From an uncultured Nitrososphaeraceae archaeon (lineage in GTDB: Archaea > Thermoproteota > Nitrososphaeria > Nitrososphaerales > Nitrososphaeraceae), in contig CAVXZB010000076.1 in NCBI GenBank assembly GCA_963765895.1, positions 1-31,233 on the forward strand: a stretch of 31,233 nt of DNA. The letters run 5' to 3'. Made by a program: the position numbers and the translations under genes. Position 1 is the stretch's first letter. Every line of letters starts with the position of its first letter. The notes beneath the pieces were generated by a model. The model had not been told where the DNA came from. It ran no database searches and was given only the letters and a program-made list of their open reading frames with translations. Below are positions 19,468 to 29,015 of this stretch, piece by piece.

Positions 19468-22400
19468 ATGGCAACTAAGGAAAAAAATATGCTGATCGAT
19501 GAGGGGCCGTATAAGTGGTTAATTCCCGTTATAGAATCATCTTATTCAAGAATAATTTCTAGAGCACAATCAAAAAACGAAGAAACAGAGACCATAGAAA
19601 TCAAGGCGGCTGTTGAACAGATTAAAAATGCAAAAAAATCTAAGGAATTTCCTATTGGATCAATTTCTTCGGTCAGTAGATTGCAACCAGGACGTAGTGA
19701 CGAAGTTCTTAGCGATGTGTCTCTAGAATATTGGCAGCACATACTCAAAGAATACCAACACCGCAAGGGTACTGCTGCAAGACAAATAGGATTACCGCAA
19801 ACGACTATAGCTAGAGCTATGCCTGGAATGCCTGCAATCCAGGGCACCAATAACTGGGTACCAATTGGGCCCGCAGTAGTTGCCCACGGTCAGGCTGTCG
19901 GTGATCCGCCGGTGGGTGGCCGTGTAGGTAGAATGGCAATTACTGCAAATAGTAATAGAATTTATGTCGCAACTGCAAATGGCGGAGTATTCCGCTCAGA
20001 TGATGGTGGAAGATCGTGGTACTCGACTATGGATGGGTTCGATACTGATCCGAATAATTTTGCAAGTACAAGCCTAGCCTGCGGTGCAATAGCTGTTGCG
20101 CCTGCAAATCATGACATTATTTATGTTGGTACAGGAGAAGGAGACGCAGATCACATTTTCAGAAGCAGACTAACGAATGCGCTACCTGCGTATCGCGGTA
20201 TTGGTCCAATCGTATCAGATGATGGTGGAGACAGCTGGGCCATAGAATCATCCTCTCCCCCTCTTACAGGATTCGCATTTTATGATCTTAGTGTGGATCC
20301 TCTACATTCCGATAATGTCATTGCAGCCACAACAAATGGCTTATATCAACGAACTATAAGCAACTCTGGTCCTCTATGGCAACTGAGACGGCCTGGAATT
20401 CATTGTAGCGTGGTGGTCGCAAAGTCTGGTTCAAGTTCTACATTTTATGCCGCGCCATGGGGTGGTCCAGTATACACTTCGACTTCGGGTTCTACATGGT
20501 CAATTATAGGAAGCAATTTTCCTTCAGCCAATGTAGGACGTATAGCACTAGCAGTTCAACCAAATAACCCTAGTGTAGTTTATGCTCTTGCTGCGGATCA
20601 GAATGGCAATCTCCTTGGTGTGTACAGATTGGATAACCAAACTGGTCCTTGGCAGAAAATATCCAATACACCGAATATACTGCCTGGAGGACAGGGTGAC
20701 TATGACCTTTGTATTACAGTCGATCCCAACAATGTCAACATAGTGTGTTTAGGAGGAGATCGCGGAAATTCTCCTCCTTGGCCAGCAAATATTCAGTATT
20801 GCAATGTTACCCCAACGGCTTCTGGTTACTCGATGACGGCCACGTCTATTGGAGATAATGCACATTCAGATGTTCACACGTTAGTATTTGAACCTGGCAA
20901 TTCCAATCGCATATGGGCTGGAACAGATGGTGGTTGTTTTTTACTTGTTAGAGATTCTGCCAATGCCGGTTCGTTTGAAGGTCGCAATACAGGATTATCG
21001 AGTCTTAATACTAATTATATTGGTATGAGTGAGACTGAACCAGCAATTGTATATTGTGGTCTACAAGATAACGGTACTGCACAATATTTTGGAGACGAAG
21101 TATGGCGCCATGTAACGGGAGGAGATGGAGGATATTGCGTAGTTCATCCAACTGATCCGTATCGGGTTCTTACTTATGCTAATGGGACTGTCTTGATGAC
21201 TACTACGGGAGGAAAAGATGATCAGTGGGAAGTATCTATTGATCCTGATTGGTCGCTTATGGTTGAACCTTTAATAGGATCTCCTCAAAGTGAGACTGTA
21301 GCATTTGGTGCTGGTTCTACAATTTATATTTCCGATGACTTTGGAAAAACATGGCCTTCGAATTCTAGGCATAGAATAACTTTGCCCATAGGACCAGCCG
21401 GGATATATTCAATGGTATATGCCAACAATACGCGCCTTTTCATTGGTACCACTAATGGACGGGTTTATAGAGCAGATTTAGTAGGCAACTCATGGTCAGT
21501 TGCACGCATTGATAATGTCGTAGGGGGAGCTCTGGGACTGGTAGGACTAATATCTGATATAGCAATTGATTGGTCTGATCATTCCCTACAATCCATTTAC
21601 GTTTGTTTCGGTGGAAACGGTGATCCTCGCCACGTTTGGCGATTTGACGGTAATAGTTGGGAAGCACGTAGTGGTAGTGGAACAACAGGTTTACTTGACG
21701 TAGAACATAATGCTTTAGTAGTTGATTCTCTAAATCCTTCCAACATCTATGTAGGTGCAGATATCGGAGTATGGCATTCAGCTAACAGCGGCCACAACTG
21801 GAATCTACTGCAAAATGGCCTTCCAGATGCCCCAGTGTTTGATCTCCAGATTCATCATGCAAGTAGACTACTTCGAGCTTCCACACATGGACGTGGACTT
21901 TATGAATATCGTTTAGATCCGCCATCATTAGGTGGTATAGAGTTATACATTCGTCATACAGTTCTTGATACTTCAAGAGGAGAAAATACTGATGGTAAAA
22001 ACGATCCAACACAGTGGCCTCCTACTTTGCTAGATCACAGAAAATCTCCAGATATCAAAGTAGATGTACCTAAACCGGCAGGTTACCAAACGCCAAGCTA
22101 CCAGATTGATTTTTTCCAGTTTCGTGAAGGGATAGTAGACGGTAGCAATTCAGTCGCTACAATTAACTCACCGCTTGAGGTCCATAATCGTATTTATGTA
22201 CTTGTACATAATCGAGGGCCATTGATTGCTAATTCAGTACCGAGTCATGGCTGTTATCTCAAATGCTTCGAATACTCTTAACCCACTACCCGCAGGATAT
22301 AATGCAAATGTTCAATCTGGCACGGAAATGGTCGGGTCTAACTGGATAACACTGGGTACTTTAGGCCTGACAAATTTGGCCTGGCCATCCTCAAGTGGCT

Positions 22401-22604
22401 GCCTTTGACCTTTCGTCTAAGTTACTTCCTTCACCATCAAATTTACCAAATCAAAACCGCTTTTGTCTGCTTGCCTTCATTCACTCAGATCAAGATCCAT
22501 TTACAGCGATGGAGCAAAATGTTGATAGTCTCTCTCTCCAAGAACGAAAAGTAGCTAGAAAAGATTTACAAGTAGTTGGATTTACAGGAACACCTCCGCA
22601 GTAG
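19468..22604 (+). CDS. About 1040-aa BNR/VPS10-like double beta-propeller protein; apparent +1 frameshifts at about 22240 and 22378
   Basis: Asp-boxes SDDGGRSW, SDDGGDSW, SDDFGKTW and SANSGHNW; IYVGTGE, HSDVH, GLQDNG, GGDGG and THGRG motifs. ORFs 22226 and 22395 join after single-base deletions. Confidence 0.83.
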
Positions 22605-23091
22605 TGAAGATGAATTCCTTATAGGTTATGATCTTAAGGTTAGTAATTAACCAAAATTATAGCGCGATGTGCCGATTCACTGGAAAGGGCATCATATTGA
22701 CTCTTAGTATATAATGTGGAGGATCAATTCGTGGTAGACATTATTTACCTAGAAGAAGAATAGTTATCTTAAAGCCTGTACACCCCAATCTCACTTTACA
22801 CATAAAATGAAAAATATTATCGGTAATTCCTGAGCGAGAATATACATAGGACTTACAGAGTAGTGAATTATTTCTAAAATTATAACAGGTATGATAAACG
22901 CACGTCCGTATTAGGATTTATGCCAGATGCCATCTGATCGATGTCATTGCGTATCAAATCGACACTCTATACATTTGATATCTCATTTTAAAAGAGGGCG
23001 TTTATTGCGATATGCAGCGTATACCCTTCTAGACCACTATTTCCGAGCTTACTAAACCATGCTCTCAGAGCCAGATTTATCGATTAGTAAT

Positions 23092-23710
23092 TGTTGCAGT
23101 TACACAGATAGGTGACCTCTTTCAGACCACTTGCTAGCTACCTTCCTAGAACAATCATCTAAACAACTAATGATGTAATTCCTTTGACTAGAATTACTGA
23201 GATAGAATGGGTCAAGGATATCCAACTGTACCATATCGTTTGGATGTTTCATGGCAAATCGTTTGTATTTTCTGATTCTAGATTGACACCTGAGGATGTT
23301 AAGACCGTGTCTCTTTAGTATCTTGTATATAGTTTTGGTACTTAATGACAATCCAATAATCCTTTTTAATCGAAACTTGATCCTATTACATCCAAACCTT
23401 TTGGTTAATCGTAGATCAAGTATTGTATCTTCTATTTCTGGTGTTATCTTCTTGTACTTGATAGTATGAGGTCTTTTAGCGACTTCTAGAAGTCCTTCAA
23501 TTCCTTTCTGTTTGTATCTGTTATTCCACTTGTAGTAAGTCTTTCTGGATGTACCGTATCGCTTGCAAATATTAGATACCATATTATCAGTCCATTCTCT
23601 TTCATGTATTAGATTAAACCTTCTATTGATTTCTATATGGATACACTTCCCGACAGAAGTGTAACCCATCTCTGTAAGCTATAATGTCACCTATGTCAGT
23701 AAGTACAACA
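23092..23710 (-). mobile_element. Internally deleted IS481-family element (619 bp)
   Basis: TGT...ACA ends, about 25-bp imperfect TIRs, 6-bp TSD AGTAAT at 23086-23091 and 23711-23716, and a second TIR-like repeat at 23660-23684. Confidence 0.85.
23100..23669 (-). pseudogene. Truncated IS481-type transposase (HTH domains plus the start of the rve integrase core)
   Basis: ICKRYGTSRKTYYKW, a second HTH, MVQLDI and LDDCSR; the frame runs into the TIR before the second D and the E of the DDE triad. Confidence 0.85.
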
Positions 23711-23749
23711 AGTAATAAACCGATTGTGTTCGCATAATTCATAGTGAGC

Positions 23750-23992
23750 TTAACTTATTGCGTTTTGACGACGATAAAATTCAACTGCATATACTAGCTT
23801 GCACATTACACCGCGAGACGCATGATCTGGACATGAACAAACCCATCCAGATTTGGTCGCAATGACGGTATATGTGTTGTTACCGGATATCGATCTGACT
23901 AGATAGTTTGATTCATTGATCATCGTAACGGCGCCGCTTATTTGGACTATCCGTTTTCCTTCCTCTTTTCGGTTAACAAGTTGCCTAGGCAT
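23750..23992 (-). CDS. SWIM zinc-finger-domain protein with the His ligand replaced by Leu
   Basis: YLVRSISGNNTYTV...WVCSCPDH...CKLVYAV; likely ATG at 23992 overlaps the upstream stop. Confidence 0.75.
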   Translation of the reverse strand: MPRQLVNRKEEGKRIVQISGAVTMINESNYLVRSISGNNTYTVIATKSGWVCSCPDHASRGVMCKLVYAVEFYRRQNAIS

Positions 23993-24260
23993 CTTTAGGC
24001 ACCGCGCGCATCTTGATGACAGTAGGTAGTTTTTCATCTATTGCCTCATCAAATCTTTTATTAGGATACTCTTGGCGTTCCCTGCGAATTCTAGTCTCTC
24101 CATTCAGGTCTTTAGTGTATACGCGCATTAAGGAATTTTGCCCGTCTTCCCATGCGACTTCGAATTTCTCACCGGTGTATTCACTAATAGAATCAAATCC
24201 GAAGTGTCACATAGTTACGATCAAAGAATCATGATCTGGAATTGGACCAGTTGCGGATGA
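23985..24260 (-). pseudogene. C-terminal fragment of a putative replication-initiator-like gene (not in the ORF track)
   Basis: IPDHDSLIVTM*HFGFDSISEYTGEKFEVAWEDGQNSLMRVYTKDLNGETRIRRERQEYPNKRFDEAIDEKL..., with an in-frame TGA at 24207-24209. Confidence 0.6.
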
Positions 24261-24531
24261 TTAATTTCGTGAATATCTAATAAGATTATCGGATTTTTAA
24301 ACACATCCGGCATAATCATCTCGGAAAAAGCGTTATAATAAGATATGAAAAGTGCCAGGTTATTAATATTATTAAAAATGCTTCGTCCTATGTGTAGACT
24401 GATGCCTAATCTATAGTAAGGGTTATTTTATGGTATACAAATATGCGCCGCAAAAAGGTAGAAATAATGATATCACAATATTAACGAACTTAAATCTGCA
24501 TTAAGCTGTAGACGCTATGTCTTCAAGTTTC

Positions 24532-25647
24532 TTATCGTTTAGAAATAGCATTTTGTTTTCCTTTCAGTGCATCACTATCATTTGGATTCATGGCTAAAGC
24601 CTTATTAAAAAATTGTAGGGCTTGTGTGTAATTACCTAGACTGTTAAGAGCAGTACCCTTACTATTTAGTATATGAGTATTATTTGGATCCATGTCTAAA
24701 ACCCTATCGTAGTATCGTATTGCATCTGCGAATTTACCTTCATTGCTAAGAGTTAAGCCTTTATCATATAGTGCTGCCATATAATTTAGATCTATATCTA
24801 AGGCCTTATCATAATACTGTATAGCTCCTGTGTAATTGCCCAATCTGTCAAAAGCGTTACCCTGACCATGCAATGCATATTTGTCATTTGGATCTATAGC
24901 TAAAGCCTTATCGAATGATTGTATGGCTTGTGTGTAATTGCCTAAGTTGTTGAGAGCAAAACCTTTGTTACTTTGGGCTAACTCATCATTTGGATCTATA
25001 GCTAGAGCTTTATCATAGTATTGTATAGCTTCTGTATAATTACCTAAGTTATAAAGCGCATAGCCCTTACCTTCCAGAGCATATTTGTCATTTGGATCTG
25101 TAACTAGAGCCTTATCAAAAGATTGTATAGCTCCTGTGTAATTGCCTTGCTCAATAAGAGCATTACCTTTGTCAACCATTGTTCCTCCGAAGGATACTGG
25201 AACTACATCCCTACGGTCCAAAGAGAGTGTCTCATTCTCACCGGCAAAATTAGTGTTATACGATGTGCATCGCTCGCTGTGCAGATCTAAGACCTTAAGA
25301 CAGACCTCTATCTCGTATCCTGTACTGAACGGAGCCTGATCTATGGGAAATGTAAAAAATCCCGCTGAAACATTTACATCATTACCCTTTAACTGGGCTT
25401 CTTCCTCAGTAGCGTTCATGTAATGACATAGTCCATGTGTTGTATTAGTATCGGTTACACAGATGCGCATTATACTCGTATCCGTTAATGTGTTAACATG
25501 ATTTATGATGACATGGATGGTTCTGTAGCCCGGATTCGTAGGCATATTAATTTCTGTCCAGAATGGAAATGAGTATGCATGCACTAGCGGCGCACCCATC
25601 AAGACTATGGCGACTATCAGTGCGACATATTTTATCATTCTATACAT
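24532..25647 (-). CDS. Secreted tetratricopeptide-repeat protein
   Basis: Signal peptide ending VHA, a 4-Cys N-terminal domain and about six 34-aa repeats (GNYTxAIQxxDKALxIDPND) with 102-bp DNA periodicity. Confidence 0.92.
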   Translation of the reverse strand: MYRMIKYVALIVAIVLMGAPLVHAYSFPFWTEINMPTNPGYRTIHVIINHVNTLTDTSIMRICVTDTNTTHGLCHYMNATEEEAQLKGNDVNVSAGFFTFPIDQAPFSTGYEIEVCLKVLDLHSERCTSYNTNFAGENETLSLDRRDVVPVSFGGTMVDKGNALIEQGNYTGAIQSFDKALVTDPNDKYALEGKGYALYNLGNYTEAIQYYDKALAIDPNDELAQSNKGFALNNLGNYTQAIQSFDKALAIDPNDKYALHGQGNAFDRLGNYTGAIQYYDKALDIDLNYMAALYDKGLTLSNEGKFADAIRYYDRVLDMDPNNTHILNSKGTALNSLGNYTQALQFFNKALAMNPNDSDALKGKQNAISKR

Positions 25648-25900
25648 ATATTATATGCGTAGACTTCTTTACATGCTTTCTGAATGTATATTATTCCTCA
25701 TATTGTCTGAGGTGATTTCGCTCCAAATCACAATCCATTGACAAAATGATTATGGAAGCCCAAAATAACTATTGTGTCTTGTCCAATACCTAGAGTATAT
25801 TGGTGTAGGGGGTGGTTCAGGTAGTCAATTCGGGCCTGAAATCACTAAAAAGAAGGGTAGTTGTGGCCCCCACTGTCTTAATGGAATTAGCACAGCGCCT

Positions 25901-26314
25901 TCATAACTCAAAAATGTAAGCTGGAGACTCCAAATCGTATATCACGTAAGGCATCTTTGTCTCTGCTAGACTATCCATAAATGACAACGATGGCAACGAT
26001 GACAATGGAGAGACCACCGTATGGTTACCTGTCATTGCTGGCTTAGGTTTAGCAAAGTTAAATCCCTTAAGGCTATAAAATGCAAGACCTGAATAGTATT
26101 CTAATTGCGCGTAACCACTTCGTACATATTGCGAAATCTTATTTCTATATGTCCCATGTGTCATACTATATTTCTTCCCGTCTACTTCGAATTCTAAAAA
26201 ATCGTGATAGCAAAAGGGTCTCCCCTCACCTCGTACTATCCTTTGCATATGAACCTTCATTGGATTATCTAACTTTGCCCTAGCCATTCCTTCGTCACCA
26301 AGAATACTAAACAC
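25901..26314 (-). pseudogene. N-terminal (wHTH-like) fragment of a conserved element gene, probably the 5' half of 23985-24260
   Basis: RPFCYHDFLEFEVDG..MTHGTYRNKIS..FYSLKG; a frame change near 25962 continues as DKDALRDIRF and then decays. Confidence 0.55.
25981..26007. repeat. 9-bp tandem repeat x3 with an inverted 13-bp copy at 26325-26337
   Basis: ATGACAACG-ATGGCAACG-ATGACAATG; CATTGTCATCGTT at 26325 is the exact reverse complement of 25995-26007. Confidence 0.65.
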
Positions 26315-26335
26315 TAGTACGTGTCATTGTCATCG

Positions 26336-27199
26336 TTAGATTGTCTGTTCAGACTCATTATTGTCTTCGTGAATTTGAACATCAAGAATCTTTTTAGTGA
26401 CAGGATCAACTTTTGCAATGAATGGTACATATCGGATATGTCTCTTGAAAGATGACGCCATATATCGTTGCAAAGGATCGTATGGATATTGAAATGGAGC
26501 GTAGAAGGATTTATCTTCTTGATTACTATGAGGTGCGCACGCTTCTAACTTAGATCTAAGATCTTTGGCTTGTATGTGTAAGGTGGAATTCTCGTCAGAT
26601 TTAGATTGTAAATCAGACCTAAGTCTTTCGTTTTCGGTCGTGGACTCAACTACGGCATCTTGTTCAGATAATTGTTGGTCTGCAGTAGTAAATGAAGTAG
26701 ATTTTTTTATTGCCTGTTCTAGATCCTTGTCAACAGGAGATGCATCTGTGTTCAGATTTTCTATATCCTGAGGCTGGTCGTCATAAATTACAACATTATT
26801 GTTTGGATCAGCAGTTGAAATAGCAACTGATTCAATTGAGTTCCCGTGTGCATCAACTAGCACTCGTGGGGTAGCCTGTTGCTCTTGTCGAGAGAACGAC
26901 AATTTGTCGTTCTCCTCCTTTTTGGGCTTAGTATTTTTCTTCCATTCGTCTAGACTATATCGCTCTATATCTCGTCTTGAGATAAGCCCATCGGCTACTT
27001 CTTGACGTAATATGCCCTTGATTTCTGCACATATATTCTCCTTCTTATTTTGATGGTCGTTCTCTAATGCTTTACCTAATTTTATTACCAATTGCTCGCG
27101 CTTAATGAGGAAATTTTTGAATTCCTGTTTTACATTCGCGATTACCGAATCTATATCCACATTGTCTTGATTAATACTGCTGTCTACATCAGAACTCAT
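26336..27199 (-). CDS. Hypothetical protein with a helical N-domain and coiled coil, part of the element operon
   Basis: 287-aa ORF whose start overlaps the upstream stop (ATGA). Confidence 0.8.
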   Translation of the reverse strand: MSSDVDSSINQDNVDIDSVIANVKQEFKNFLIKREQLVIKLGKALENDHQNKKENICAEIKGILRQEVADGLISRRDIERYSLDEWKKNTKPKKEENDKLSFSRQEQQATPRVLVDAHGNSIESVAISTADPNNNVVIYDDQPQDIENLNTDASPVDKDLEQAIKKSTSFTTADQQLSEQDAVVESTTENERLRSDLQSKSDENSTLHIQAKDLRSKLEACAPHSNQEDKSFYAPFQYPYDPLQRYMASSFKRHIRYVPFIAKVDPVTKKILDVQIHEDNNESEQTI

Positions 27200-27433
27200 T
27201 CTTTGTTACCTCTTGCCAATTTTGTTTCGACAGCTGCCTTCATCGATGGATTAAATTGAGCCCCTTCAAATTCTATGGCATCGATTTCATGTAACCTGTC
27301 CCAGTACCGAATTTAGACTATTAAACTCTGCCAAGGCTTGGTTTAGTTCCACAATTCCTTTCTGGCTGCAACGGCTATCTATGCGGTCTGATGCCACGAT
27401 TTCGATTGACTTGCAATTATCAGCGACTATCAT
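27196..27433 (-). CDS. 78-aa hypothetical protein (not in the ORF track; apparent +1 frameshift at 27307-27308)
   Basis: ATGA overlaps at both ends; deleting one G gives MIVADNCK...EFNSLNSYWDRLHEIDAIEFEG...GNKE*. Confidence 0.55.
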
Positions 27434-27600
27434 GTTTGCTCGACCTCCTGAAATTTAGGTATACAATTGCTACAAAGCAACAGAGTAATTACTCCCAGGC
27501 CGCCAACTTTTATCGTAATATTGTCGGTAGCATTTTCAAAGCAGTCAGTTGCCTCACATATAAGGTTATTAGCATCCGCCTTGTTATTATTATTGTCCAT
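27430..27600 (-). CDS. 56-aa zinc-finger protein (Cx4C...Cx2C), below the ORF-track cutoff
   Basis: MDNNNNKADANNLICEATDCFENATDNITIKVGGLGVITLLLCSNCIPKFQEVEQT*; GGTGG upstream; overlaps both neighbours. Confidence 0.72.
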   Translation of the reverse strand: MDNNNNKADANNLICEATDCFENATDNITIKVGGLGVITLLLCSNCIPKFQEVEQT

Positions 27601-27811
27601 GGTTTAATCCACCTATGGTCGCGGGTTTGCTTGATTGGAGGGTCTCAATTCTACGATCAAGCGAACCAGTATCATTATTTGTCTCAAATGTGTACTGCTT
27701 TTCAAGTATCCTTAACACATACCGGCTACGTGGAATATCTCCGCGATCTATATCTATCTTCTGCATAAGATCCTTTGGCAAAGATATGCCAATTCCAATT
27801 GAACTTTGCAT
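27590..27811 (-). CDS. Ribbon-helix-helix (CopG/Arc-like) DNA-binding protein
   Basis: IGISLPKDLMQKID..RGDIPRSRYVLRILE matches the strand-helix-helix RHH pattern. Confidence 0.82.
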   Translation of the reverse strand: MQSSIGIGISLPKDLMQKIDIDRGDIPRSRYVLRILEKQYTFETNNDTGSLDRRIETLQSSKPATIGGLNHGQ

Positions 27812-27820
27812 AATTAATAG

Positions 27821-27876
27821 AGTTCATAACTATTATATTTGGTATAATTGAAGTACTTCAGTTATAACTTCGAAGT
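27821..27876. promoter_or_regulatory. Divergent promoter region with stacked palindromes (candidate operators)
   Basis: AGTT-CAT-AACT (27821-31), TGAAGTACTTCA (27849-60), AGTTATAACT (27860-69) and ACTTCGAAGT (27867-76). Confidence 0.5.
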
Positions 27877-27956
27877 ATCATGACGAGATCAAGGACTCAA
27901 TAATAAGAACCTTAGAAGAAAATGGCTCCTTATTTTGGTCAGAGCTTTATAAAAAA

Positions 27957-28991
27957 ATGCGAGAATTATATAAGAAAATTGCGCCAGCGACATTTAGTTC
28001 GTGCATCAAGGACCTGCTGCTCAATAAAGTGATAGATAAAATAGATACGAAGGAGAGGGGAATAAAGGTCCAATACTTTCTTACGAATAAAGGAAAGCAA
28101 CATTTCAAACTTCTCATTAAAGTGTATGGAAAGAAATCAAAAGGTACCTCCAATGAGGAGACAAAACGGCGAATGGGTTTGTATCTTTTAATAGTTCTGT
28201 TTAGTAAGTCCCCTGCATATACATTTAAATCTGAAGAATTTGCTGCTCTTTTGTCAAGGAACAATTTATCCGAAAAGGATTTGACACGGCTAACTAAGAG
28301 GGAAGAGAACAAAGTCGACAAGACAGTAACCACAACAACATTCGAGTCTGAATCTGGCATTTTTGTTTGGAAGGTGGAAACGTTGAATAAGCGGAATATT
28401 CCTGAGGAAAGAAGTTATGTCTATACATGCAAACTGCCAGGATTATCGATAACAGATATTTTAGAAGCTCGTAACAATATGGCATTTTGGCATATGAAAT
28501 TTACAGAGCCAGAAGTTCAGGAATCATTCAACTTGTTACGTGATGAAGGGATGTTTAGACCTATAGCCTTCTCTCTAAATGGAGAGTTAAGATATGATGT
28601 CTACGATCCATCAGTAAAGATGTTTTTAGAAGACTGTTGGGAATTACATAAGCTTGTATTTTTTTTAACCGATTTAATTTGGAAAAAGATCCGTGCTCTC
28701 ACTACCGATGAAATAAAGTGGGTAGAGCAACATAGTGGTACTCAAACTGCTAATAAAATACGCAGAAATACATACATAGAAAGATCTAAACATTTTAGAA
28801 AGGTCAAAAATAAAAATATATATCTTAAGAAAGCCTGGTCGAAGATTACAGAATATAACAATGAATTAAAAAGATGTATCGAATATCATAAGGAAAAATA
28901 TGCTGAAGTGATTGAAAAGTATCAATTTCCATTTGACGATTTGTTAGAAATAATTTATCCAAAATGCTTGCAACAATTAGCAGCCCCTTAG
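27957..28991 (+). CDS. Protein with an N-terminal winged-helix domain (putative element regulator); the true start is probably upstream
   Basis: The frame is open back to about 27852 (DEIKDSIIRTLEENGSLFWSELYKK); IAPATFSSCIKDLL and VQYFLTNKG form a wHTH wing motif. Confidence 0.72.
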   Translation: MRELYKKIAPATFSSCIKDLLLNKVIDKIDTKERGIKVQYFLTNKGKQHFKLLIKVYGKKSKGTSNEETKRRMGLYLLIVLFSKSPAYTFKSEEFAALLSRNNLSEKDLTRLTKREENKVDKTVTTTTFESESGIFVWKVETLNKRNIPEERSYVYTCKLPGLSITDILEARNNMAFWHMKFTEPEVQESFNLLRDEGMFRPIAFSLNGELRYDVYDPSVKMFLEDCWELHKLVFFLTDLIWKKIRALTTDEIKWVEQHSGTQTANKIRRNTYIERSKHFRKVKNKNIYLKKAWSKITEYNNELKRCIEYHKEKYAEVIEKYQFPFDDLLEIIYPKCLQQLAAP

Positions 28992-29015
28992 ATTAGCTAA
29001 ATTAACCCAATGTGA

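Noticed and set aside
24540-25180. 102-bp periodic repeats
   Set aside because: Fully explained by TPR coding repeats; not CRISPR.
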